From the IMG/VR virus record IMGVR_UViG_3300035135_001783, positions 1 through 24,301 of that record: DNA of 24,301 nucleotides, one strand, 5' to 3'. The notes under the pieces were generated by a model. That model ran no database searches and was not told the DNA's origin. It worked only from the letters and a program-made list of their open reading frames with translations. Made by a program: the position numbers and the translations under genes. Below, piece after piece: positions 1 to 10,400 of this stretch; positions within the stretch are counted from its first letter, which is position 1; every line of letters starts with the position of its first letter. This DNA is from a virus. Lineage: Duplodnaviria > Caudoviricetes.

Positions 1-483
1 ACGGCAGCTGATATGATAATGCTCAATGAAACTGCCAGATTACGTAGTCAACGTTGTGCTAATATTTTTAGATTAGCAGACTACGGAGATTACAAAACTC
101 GTAAATTGTTAAGAACACAAGGTATACACAATATGCGCAACAAAGCAGGTGTTCCTTTGATGGATAGCTTGCAATTAAAACGTATAAGGTTTGCATATTT
201 TGCAGAAACAGGAGACTTTTTGCCTTTTACTCCAGAAGGTATTAAACGTGATATTGTTAAAAAATACAAAGACACACTAATACAACAGCAGTTTATATAT
301 CAAGGCACAAACACATTTGAATTATTAAAATCTCCCAGTATGTACCCTGTTGAAAAACTAAAAGTTTTGGTGAATGGAAAATTTATACAGCATTATTTTG
401 ATTACACACTACAAGATCGTGTGCTCACTATCACAAAATCGCTGTTAACCAATGATATTATTGAAACCACCATTAAAATATAA
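1..483 (+). CDS. 5'-truncated virion protein, probably baseplate hub / tail-lysozyme-associated, with a C-terminal small beta-sandwich repeat
   Basis: Frame is open from base 1 (ACG GCA GCT GAT ATG), so the true start is probably upstream of the window. It lies directly before the gp25-like gene, a position typical of hub/lysozyme genes. 'AADMIML...RLRSQRCANIF' loosely resembles a lysozyme C-terminal helix (weak). The C-terminus LKVLVNG..DYTL..LTI..NDIIE matches repeats in the giant protein. Confidence 0.5.
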   Translation, partial: TAADMIMLNETARLRSQRCANIFRLADYGDYKTRKLLRTQGIHNMRNKAGVPLMDSLQLKRIRFAYFAETGDFLPFTPEGIKRDIVKKYKDTLIQQQFIYQGTNTFELLKSPSMYPVEKLKVLVNGKFIQHYFDYTLQDRVLTITKSLLTNDIIETTIKI

Positions 484-502
484 ACTGAGTAGTTAATTTT
501 GC

Positions 503-510
503 TATAAATA
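503..510 (+). promoter_or_regulatory. T4-type late promoter TATAAATA
   Basis: Exact T4 gp55 late consensus in the 32-bp intergenic gap, followed by CTA as in the copy at 15602, upstream of structural genes. Confidence 0.85.
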
Positions 511-515
511 CTAGT

Positions 516-881
516 ATGACAGTATATTACGGATATAGCACTATTGGTACACTCACAGGAAGCAAAACTCTGGTAGACATCGAGTTGGCTAAACGTGACT
601 TAATGAATCACTTTTATACTAGAAAAGGTGAGCGTGTACAAAACCCCGAGTTTGGCAGTATATTGCCTGACTTGGTGTTTGAGCCTCTGGACAATGAAAC
701 AGAAAGATTAGCACTAGAAGACGTAACAGCTATCATAAACAGTGATCCTAGATGGATCGAGATTGAAACACTATTAGACAAGCCAGAAGAACATACTTTG
801 GAAATCAAAGTAAGGCTTCAATACAACGACACAGGGACAGCAGAAGAGTTGTTTCTACAATACGTAGGTGAGATAGAATAA
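516..881 (+). CDS. gp25: Baseplate wedge subunit, T4 gp25-like (GPW/gp25 family)
   Basis: 121 aa with the hallmark 'L.NHFYTRKGERVQNPEFGS.L.DLVFEP' and 'I.SDPR' motifs, directly upstream of the gp6-like gene. Confidence 0.92.
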   Translation: MTVYYGYSTIGTLTGSKTLVDIELAKRDLMNHFYTRKGERVQNPEFGSILPDLVFEPLDNETERLALEDVTAIINSDPRWIEIETLLDKPEEHTLEIKVRLQYNDTGTAEELFLQYVGEIE

Positions 882-3800
882 TGGCACAAGGCGCAAGACA
901 AAGCAGTTTATTTGCTGCGGAAGATTTCAGTGTTGTTTACGAAAGTTTTAGCGAAGCAAACTTTCAAGCGTATGATTATGAAACCATACGTAACAGCATG
1001 GTGGAATATATTAACAACAACTATCCAGAAAATTTTAACGACTGGATTACATCAAGTGAATTTGTAAGTTTAATTGAACTTATGGCATTCTTAGGTCACA
1101 ACCTAGCATTTAGAGCAGACCTAGCCAGCAGAGAGAATTATTTAAGCACAGCTGAACGCAGAGAAAGCGCCTTGCGTATAGCTGAGTTTTTGGGATACAC
1201 ACCTACACGTAATATTGTCGCCAATGGTTATTTAAAAATTGACAGTGTAACAACCAACGAATCTGTTTATGACGTAGACGGCAGAAGTCTTGCCAATACT
1301 ACTATATTATTTGAAGATAGCACAGACCCTGACAACTATCAAAACTTTTTAACAGTAATGAACAGCATGTTTCAAAGTAACAGTCAGTTTGGAGCGCCTT
1401 TTAGTAAATTTACTATCAACGGAATTACAAACGAAATATATAGAACCAACAGTACATCAAATACCAATGACAAAAACTTTACTGGATTTATAAATGGACA
1501 AGGTGCAACATTCAGCATGTACAGTCCAAGTTATGAATCTAATACAAATACACTGGGTGAAAAAATTCCTGATCCCTATACTGTTATTGATTTGCTGTAC
1601 AAAAACGATAACAGCGGATTTAGCAGTCCTGACACAGGATTTTACATTGGATTTAAACAAGGATCATTGGAGTTTCAAGACTTTGATATTGCCAATGGTT
1701 TACCTAATCTAGCAATAGATATTAATGTAAACAACATCAGTAATGGCAATGTTTGGGTACAAACAATTGATGAAGCTGGACAAGTTTTAAAAACATGGAC
1801 TAGGGTAGACAAGCTCTACGGACAAAGCAGTATTTTTAATGCAAGTCAAAATGGTGTTAGAGACATTTATACAATTGCCAGCAGAGAAAATGATCAAATC
1901 AGTATTGTGTTTGCTGATGGACAATTTGGTAATGTGCCACGTGGCATCATACGTGTTTGGTACAGAACAGGTCTTAATCAAACCTACAACTTAAATCCAG
2001 ATACATTTGGAAACAGTCAATTAACATTTGACTACTTGGGTAAAGACGGTAACACTTATAGAGCTAGATTAAAAATGAGTCTAAAAAGCAATGTAAGTAA
2101 TTCCAGTGAAAGAGAAAGTCTTGACAGTATTAAAGCCAATGCTGGTAGATTTTTTGCTACACAGGATCGCATGGTCACAGCAGATGACTATAGTATCTTC
2201 CCTATTACAGTAAGTGAAAATATTCGCAAGATAAAAAGTGTTAATAGAGTACACAGCGGACACAGTAGATTCAGAGACATATATGATCCCACAGCAACAT
2301 ACAGCGATGCTACCAACTATCTAAGTGACGGATATCTATACGAAGATAATGTTACTACTCGCAGTATTGTAAACAGTGATGGAAGATTAACAGGCGAGCA
2401 AATATACACCAAATATATCAAACCTCAGTTAAGCAATCCTGAGATCAAAAACTTTTTTTACAATAGACACAGCTACAGCGGAACATTTGATCCTAGAACA
2501 CAGTACACTGATTCTACAGCGGGTGTACATGTGTACAATAGCAACGGTACAGACACAGACACATTTAGATGGAATCAAGTTACCAGAGGATCAAACACCA
2601 GTACAGGTTATATAACCTACAATGCTTTTGTGCAAAGAATGGGCAGTGCAGCCACAAACAGTTTGTCAAAAGCACAAGTAAACGGGTTAGTTGAATTTAT
2701 TGCAAGCCCTTACAAAAAAGGTTACATCAATCAAATCAATATAGTAAGTGGCGGCAGCGGCTACACAGGAGTGCCCACTGTTACTATTAGCGGTGCAGGC
2801 ACAGGCGCTACAGCTACAGCAAATGTTCAAGCAGGTGTTGTAGTGAGCATCAGTATTACTGACAGTGGTCAAAACTATACAGATGCGACTGCAATTACTA
2901 TCAGCGGCGGCGGTGGATCAGGTGCTAGTGCAAGTGCAGTGATTGCTAGTGCTGAAACACAGTGGGCTAGAATCAGCGCACTTTACAAAGATGGATTAGG
3001 CAGAGACGATGCAACAGGTAGACCAACAGGTGTTGACCAAAGCGGCAAAGGCAGTGTTGTACTTAATGCTGTAATACCCAGCGGTAGTAGAATAAACAGA
3101 CTTATTCCAAGTTGGAATCCTGATGTTAGTGACAGCGTAAAAACAAATATTGTTAACAAAATTAATAGTGGTGTTGGGTTTGGATTAAGATACAATGCTG
3201 CATCTCAAACTTGGGTTGTGATAGACAATGCAAACCTAGCCGCCAGCAACATCACAAATAACAGTGTTGCACAGTGGAGTAGACAGTATGAGGGTGATAA
3301 CACAAGCACAGGCAGAGACAATAGTTGGATACTAAGAGTCAACTACACTAGTAACTATTGGGAATTCTTAACTAGAAAAAGTAGATTTGTATTCGGCAGT
3401 GATGCAACAGTGAAATTCAACAACCTGAACTTTGCTGAAACATTTAGTAGTGAAACAAGCAAACCTCTCAGAGACAGTGTTACAGTACTAGATATAAACA
3501 CCAAAAGCACTACAGATTTGCATCCTCTAGGAGAGAACTACAAGTTTAATGCATACGGATATTACACATACACAGACGGATATACAGATCCTCACAAAAT
3601 ACGTGTCACATTAGCAGATCCAGACAACGACGGATACCCAAATGATCCAGAGGCATTTGTCAAAGTTGTAGGTAGTGATACTATTAAACTAGGAACTATT
3701 ACTGAAAATGGATACGACTTTACAGTACAAGACAATGCTAACGGAACAAGCACCGTAACAGGTAGAGGTAACCTAAGAACAGATTATACTAGAATTGCAG

Positions 3801-4411
3801 ACATTAATCAAGTTATTGATCCTGCGACTACAAATATTATTGACACTTATGTACTATTAAGAAGTTATGACAACGATTATAGAGCATGGGCAACATATGA
3901 TGGTAGACCTCAGACTAAACCAAATGCTCCTACTGTAAATGAACTAGGTTCAATGTTTAACAGTCTTAATACAAAGAAAAGCATCAGTGACCAAGTAATT
4001 TACAGACCAGTAAAATACAAAATATTGTTTGGAGATTTAGCTAGCAGCGAACTTCAAGCAAGATTCAATGTGACCAAAACTGCTAATAGCAGTATGAGCG
4101 ACAGTGAAATACAAAGTCAAGTTATTAGACTCATTAGTCAATACTTTAGTGTAGATAATTGGGACTTTGGAGAAGAGTTTTATTTCACTGAACTAGCAGC
4201 ATTCATACACAATAACATGATTGGACAAATAAGTCAAGTAACTATTCAACCTGTGAGTAAAAATTTAAAAACAGTAGACTTGTTTGAAATCAGTGCTGAC
4301 AGTGACGAGTTATTTTTACCTGTACTGTCGTCAAGCAATGTGGTAGTTACAGGCACCACTGTTACTAATCCAACAAGTATAGCAAGCAACAGCGGAGTTA
4401 GCATTCAATGA
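881..4411 (+). CDS. gp6: Baseplate wedge subunit, T4 gp6-like / baseplate J-like (extended, 1176 aa)
   Basis: N-terminal 'YDYETIR..MVEY...NYPE.FND....SEF..LIELMA.LG..LAFR.D....E.YL.TAERRES..RIAE.LGY.P', central 'FADGQFG.VP' and 'ESLDSIK.NA...FATQDRMVTADDY' are gp6/baseplate-J motifs. TAATG coupling to gp25, with AGGTGA Shine-Dalgarno at 866-871. Confidence 0.9.
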   Translation: MAQGARQSSLFAAEDFSVVYESFSEANFQAYDYETIRNSMVEYINNNYPENFNDWITSSEFVSLIELMAFLGHNLAFRADLASRENYLSTAERRESALRIAEFLGYTPTRNIVANGYLKIDSVTTNESVYDVDGRSLANTTILFEDSTDPDNYQNFLTVMNSMFQSNSQFGAPFSKFTINGITNEIYRTNSTSNTNDKNFTGFINGQGATFSMYSPSYESNTNTLGEKIPDPYTVIDLLYKNDNSGFSSPDTGFYIGFKQGSLEFQDFDIANGLPNLAIDINVNNISNGNVWVQTIDEAGQVLKTWTRVDKLYGQSSIFNASQNGVRDIYTIASRENDQISIVFADGQFGNVPRGIIRVWYRTGLNQTYNLNPDTFGNSQLTFDYLGKDGNTYRARLKMSLKSNVSNSSERESLDSIKANAGRFFATQDRMVTADDYSIFPITVSENIRKIKSVNRVHSGHSRFRDIYDPTATYSDATNYLSDGYLYEDNVTTRSIVNSDGRLTGEQIYTKYIKPQLSNPEIKNFFYNRHSYSGTFDPRTQYTDSTAGVHVYNSNGTDTDTFRWNQVTRGSNTSTGYITYNAFVQRMGSAATNSLSKAQVNGLVEFIASPYKKGYINQINIVSGGSGYTGVPTVTISGAGTGATATANVQAGVVVSISITDSGQNYTDATAITISGGGGSGASASAVIASAETQWARISALYKDGLGRDDATGRPTGVDQSGKGSVVLNAVIPSGSRINRLIPSWNPDVSDSVKTNIVNKINSGVGFGLRYNAASQTWVVIDNANLAASNITNNSVAQWSRQYEGDNTSTGRDNSWILRVNYTSNYWEFLTRKSRFVFGSDATVKFNNLNFAETFSSETSKPLRDSVTVLDINTKSTTDLHPLGENYKFNAYGYYTYTDGYTDPHKIRVTLADPDNDGYPNDPEAFVKVVGSDTIKLGTITENGYDFTVQDNANGTSTVTGRGNLRTDYTRIADINQVIDPATTNIIDTYVLLRSYDNDYRAWATYDGRPQTKPNAPTVNELGSMFNSLNTKKSISDQVIYRPVKYKILFGDLASSELQARFNVTKTANSSMSDSEIQSQVIRLISQYFSVDNWDFGEEFYFTELAAFIHNNMIGQISQVTIQPVSKNLKTVDLFEISADSDELFLPVLSSSNVVVTGTTVTNPTSIASNSGVSIQ
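2720..2944 (+). repeat. Gly/Ser/Thr-rich 'GGSGYT..PTVTISG.G.GA.A.A' beta-repeat insertion within gp6 (about 2 units)
   Basis: INIVSGGSGYTGVPTVTISGAGTGATATANV followed by ISITDSGQNYTDATAITISGGGGSGASASAV. Confidence 0.75.
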
Positions 4412-7400
4412 GCGAAAAACAAGCTAAGCCAGTTCAAGCACCACTGATTACTAGACCTGGTGCTAGTAGTGAATACATAGGCCCAAGAAACATAGTAGAA
4501 TTTCTTCCTACTATTTTCCAAACACCTGCAAACAAACAATTTTTGGATGCAACACTTGAACAGTTAATGAGTACTGGTAGCTTGATGGCTATCAATAACT
4601 TCCTTGGTACAAACTATAAAAAATCTGCTAGTGATAATTATCTTGTTGATAACAGAACTAGTGACTTTTATCAATTTACTCCTGGTGTGACCAACAGAGA
4701 TAATGAAAACAACATAACACAAGCACTGAGTTATGATGACTTAATTAACACCTTAGACTTCAATGAAGTTGATACAAATCAACAAAACAAACTGTTGAAC
4801 GAACAAGGCTATACACTAGACATGCCCATTAACTATGACATGTTTATAAACTATCACAACTATTTTTGGCTGGTTGATATACTACCTCCTTGTAGTATTA
4901 AACCTACACAAGCAAATCCAATTGATATTGATACATTAGTTGATGATTTGTATTATACTACCCCAACATTGAGTACAGGTAATACACTTGAACTTATGAA
5001 TGGTATGCGTGTTAGATTTATGCCAACACAAATTGACAGATTTACACAAACTGTGCCAGGTAATCAAATATTCACTGCAACAGTAAATCAAGCTAACACT
5101 GTTAAAGTTTACAAAAATAATCAACTGTTGGAAAATATTCCTAGCAACTACACATACAACACCGCAGGTGGCGTAGTAATATTTGCAGTGGCTCCAGCAG
5201 TAAATGATGAAATTGAAATTCATTCATTTTATGCTTATAGTTCCAGCAACGACTATGCAGTGGGCGACATTTATATTGTAGATGGCGTAGGTGACGAAGG
5301 TAAAATTAGACTTACAAAACAGTTTACAAGTGGACAAGTTGAAGGTACTTACAGTACTCGTAATTGGTTGAATCACACAGTTTATAGCAGTCAAGAGCCC
5401 AAGGGATTTGACGAAGACGGAACCAGTTTTGAATTCGATCCATACGATATCAGAGAGTGGAGAATGACCACCAGAGATTATGTTGTTGAAAAAAGATACA
5501 GTCAGGATGTTAGTGCTTGGGCAAGAAGTAATTTATGGATACATGAAACAGCAGCTCAAGCGGTGGTTAACTTTGAAGGACTTGATCAAAGCGAATATCT
5601 AGCTGATAACTTCAGAGGTGTTAGACCAATTATCGAATACAAAGATGGTATTGAAAAATACAATTACGGCAGAAATCATATTGGCTACGTTGCACATCTA
5701 ATAGAAGATACAATAGATCCAGCAACACAAATTGTTGGACAAATCATTTACAGTCACAACACTTACGGTATTACAACAGATTGGAGTTTTATACTTGGGT
5801 ACGAAAATGGAGATCGTGTTCGTGTAAACATGGGTGGATATATCACTTATTGGGAATGTATTCAAACACACGGTGATCCTATTAATCCAACCTACTATGA
5901 AAATCGCAAGTACTGGAGAGAAATAACTGATGAAAACTTGGAAGATGGTGACCTCGTACTATTCCTAAGAACAACTAACGCTGCATACACAAATCGAATT
6001 TTTCGTGTAGGCGGAGTTACAGCAGGCACAGGTATTACACTAACAGAAGTATACGGATCAAGCAGTACACCTTTGAACAGCGGTGACAAAGTTGTTGTAA
6101 TGAAAGGTTACAACACAATACAATGGGACGACGATGAAAGTACAAAACCATACAGTGGCAGTGAATGGTATTGGGATGGCACTGATTGGATCTATGGACA
6201 GCAAAAAATGCATCGTAGTGCTGGCATGCAAGTTCAATTGTACGATAGTGTACTAACAAAACTTGATGATACTACAAAATATCCTACCAGCACTTTTGTT
6301 GGAGATTACATTTTTGATTATGGCAAGAACACTGCAACCAAGTTTGACGATGCACTAGGATTTAGTCCACGATATGTTGACTATGGTAATACACCTGGTC
6401 TGAGCTTTGACTTTGGTTTAGGTGGTGTGCGTTACAATTACACAATATATGACACAGACACTGACAACAGTAAAACACTTGAAATACTAGGATACTACTA
6501 TTACAAAAACTATCACACCAACAGATACTTCAATGGTTGGAGTGCAGTCAGGGGCGGACAGCCTGTGCGCAAACATATTCAAAAAATTGCAAAAACTGGT
6601 GATACCAGTTTAACATTCAATTTAGGTACTACAGATTATAACAAAGATAGCAAATTAAGTTTTGTTCTTAGAAACAATTTGCTCACAGTGGACAGCGAAA
6701 ATACCACAAGAATAAATCAAATTGCAGGTAGTCTTCCAACATTGTATATGAGTAGAAATGCTACATATGATATTGAAACATATTTTGATCAAACCAAACT
6801 TGAGTTTTTGGCTTTCGACGGATCAGCACTAGCACCTGCAGACTTTGCAAGAACAGCAGGTTCTGATAATAGATTTACAGTGCAACCATTGAGTAGCACA
6901 ATAAAAGCAATAGTGTATAGACATGCAGATTATCCAACTGTGAAAGGTGCTGTATACTTTGATGACGACACAGTTGCACATAATATTAAAGTTCTTAAAA
7001 ATGGAGCAGACTATACAGCCTTTACACTTGCTAGCAATATACTAACAGTTACGGGTGTTGATGTAGATGATGTATTTGATGTAACTTATCACAGTGACAG
7101 CAAGCTCAGTGAAGCAGAAGGCAACTTTATGCCAGCTGACACACACATTTATAATCCTCAAAATCGTACATTGGTTGATGCTAGTTTTGGGGATTTAGTT
7201 GCTCACATGCGAGAGCAGATGCAAGGTATTCCAAACTTTACAGGCGATTATTTTGGTCTCAATAACTATGATAGTATTGCACATGTACACCAATTTGGTG
7301 GTACAATTAGACAACAAGCATTTAGTACAGAACTTTTAGGTCAAACCAGTTTGGACACAGATACTGATGCATTCAGTGCGCTAAAATACAGTGCGCAAGA

Positions 7401-10400
7401 GTATAGAAGATTTAAAAGTCAGTTTGCACTAAAAGTTGCACAACTTCATAAAATAACCAAAATAGAAACACCTATACATGAAATTGTAGACCAAGCACTA
7501 AAAGAAATACATATAGGTAAAAACTTTGACAGTCAATTTGCAAACAGCAACATGGCAATGTACAGAGATTACCAAAGCCAGGATTACACATGGATCAATA
7601 CATTTACTCCTGTGTTTGATTTACCCAATGCTGTTAACACATACGACGATACAGAAAATCATATTCAAGCGTGGATAATGGAAGATGACGGAAGTGGCAA
7701 TGATGTATGGAAGCCCATGGTCAAAGGTGTAGATTATACTCTAAGCCGTACACAAATTACTGTTACTAAAACTGTGGTGTTTCCTAGCAGCGGCGGTGCT
7801 AAACTACATGTACGTTGGTATCCACAAAATGCTGTTAGTTTTACTCCTAACAGTGCAGCAAAGCTGGGTTTAGTTAAACCTCATCAGCCTGAACTACGCA
7901 GTGACTACAGCAAAGACAGTACAGGCACAGCAACAGATAGTGTTATTATTGGACATGACGGCAGCATACATGTTAGAAACGGCACTGAGCTATACAACAG
8001 ATCCGCTGTTGGATTTGATCCAATTGATGCTGCACTTTGGGATTTAGAATTAAGAATTAGCAATAACCTACTAGGATTAGATGATATTGTACTTTATCAA
8101 AATATTATGCCTAATGCTAATAGACTGAGTCCAAATAGTTGGGCAGATATCAATCAAGCATTGTTGCCAGAATACAATAAATGGAAAATACGCAATAACA
8201 AAACAAGTTTTCAAAGCACTTCATACTATGATGTAGCAGATGCGTTCACGTTTAACTACAGTGCAGTTGGTCCAGGCATTGGTGGCTGGAGAGGTTTATA
8301 CACCTATTACTTTAACACAGATAGACCGCACACACATCCTTGGGAAATGCTAGGACACAACACTAAACCAACTTGGTGGGATGCCAATTACAGTTGGACA
8401 GTGCCTGCTGAACGCACAGCATTGATTGAAGCATTGACATATGGACACTACAATGATCCAAGTGACACATACAAACGTTACAATCGTAGCTTGGCTATTA
8501 GTCCTAGTGTTTACAATTTAACTGTAAACACATTGGTTACATCAGCTGGTGTACTCAATGATCCCGTTACTGCTGGTGTAGTATCTGCACCAACAACTAC
8601 ACAAGCCAGCAAAGACTTTGTGTTTGGAGATTGGGGTCCGATAGAAGCTGAATGGCGCAGAAGCAGTGAATACAAAATTATATTGTTTATTGCACTAATG
8701 CGTGTTAGACCGTTGTGGACACTAAACACATTCTTTAACAGCAAACAAAGAAAGTTTTTAGATCAAGTAGGATACGATGATGTACAATGGTTATTTGATA
8801 ACACACAAGACCTTGGTGATAACAAAACACCAAGACTGAGTTATACACCTTTCGAAGATAGTATAGTTGAAAGTGTGAGAGTAATAAATGGCGGAAGTGG
8901 TTATACCAGTGCGCCCGCCCTTGGCGTTTATGATAATTTTGGCAGCGATGCTAGTTTAACAGCTCATATAAGCGGAGGAGTTGTAACACATGTAAGCGTT
9001 GATAATCCAGGTAGCAATTACTACAGCAAACCTACTATTATTGCTAGTTCAGGCTCAGCACAGTTTGAAGCCACACTAACAAAAGGTGCAAGAAGATATT
9101 TTGCTGGTCTTAGCAATGCAATAATTGAATTTGCAAAATACAACACAACCACAGTAACACAAATTATTGATAGGTTTGAAAGTTTAGATTATAATCCTAT
9201 TCTAAAAGCAGGCGGATTTGTCAATCCGTCAACTCAACAGTTTATACTAGAGAGCAGTCAAGACAAAGGTAGCACAGCTATTCCTGAAGAAAACTACAAC
9301 AGTTTCTTGTATATCAGTAAGCCAGCTCAAGAACTGTTTATTGGTGCAATTAGAGTAAGCAAAAGCGGCAGTCGATTTATTGTTAATGGATACGACAACA
9401 GTAATCAATATTTCAAATACAACAAACCAAACTTTGGTGGACCTAGTGTAACAGTTAGTGAAGAAATTCCTATGAAGAGATACAAGGAATTTGACCAAGC
9501 TGTTAGCACAATCGATTATAATAGTGTGATTAATACTGCACAAGAAGTTTATGATTTAATTCACGGTTATGACAACTATTTGCGCAGCAAAGGTTGGATT
9601 ACAAACTGGAGAAGTGTTGCTAGTCAATTTGTGTATTGGACAACTCAAGACAGTGTCACCACTGATATTATCTTGATGCCCAATACCAGTAAACTACAAA
9701 TTGAAGATGGCGACACAGGATACTTTGATACACTAAACAAAAAGTACGATGGTGTGTACAATATAGTTGGAACCGATGGAAAACAAATTACCAGCAACCG
9801 TATATTGATTGAAAGAGAATTAACAAACACAGATGATCCTAAAACTACTATACAAGTAAAGAGTGCTGAAGATAGTATATTAGGTCTCAGACTTTACAAA
9901 GTAGCAGTAGAACATGCTGTGGTATTTGACAATAGTACAAACTTCGATGACATTGTGTTCGACCCTGCACTTGGTCAGTTGCACACAAGAATCACTTGGA
10001 AAGGCAGCAGAACCAAAGATTGGAATGGTAAATTTTATAGTCCGGGATATATCGTCGATGATAACAGCATTGTACAAAACTTTGATACTACAGCTAGAGA
10101 ACTAGATCAATACTACGGTCCAAACAACACATTGGGTAATCAGCAAATATCAAACGTTGCGAGATTCAACAGTGGATACAACAAACCACAGTGGGCTGAA
10201 AAACTAAAACTAGATGATGATACAGCATTTAATTTTGTAAACTCAAGTAAAAAATACAGAGGTACAAAACTAGCTGTTGATGCGTTTATGAGAAATAATT
10301 CATTGTTTGGAAAAGAAAGCAGCGCAGATGTATTTGAACAATGGGCAATTAGAACTGGCGATTACGGTGATGTTAGAAGCAGAGACACATTAGAATTCAG

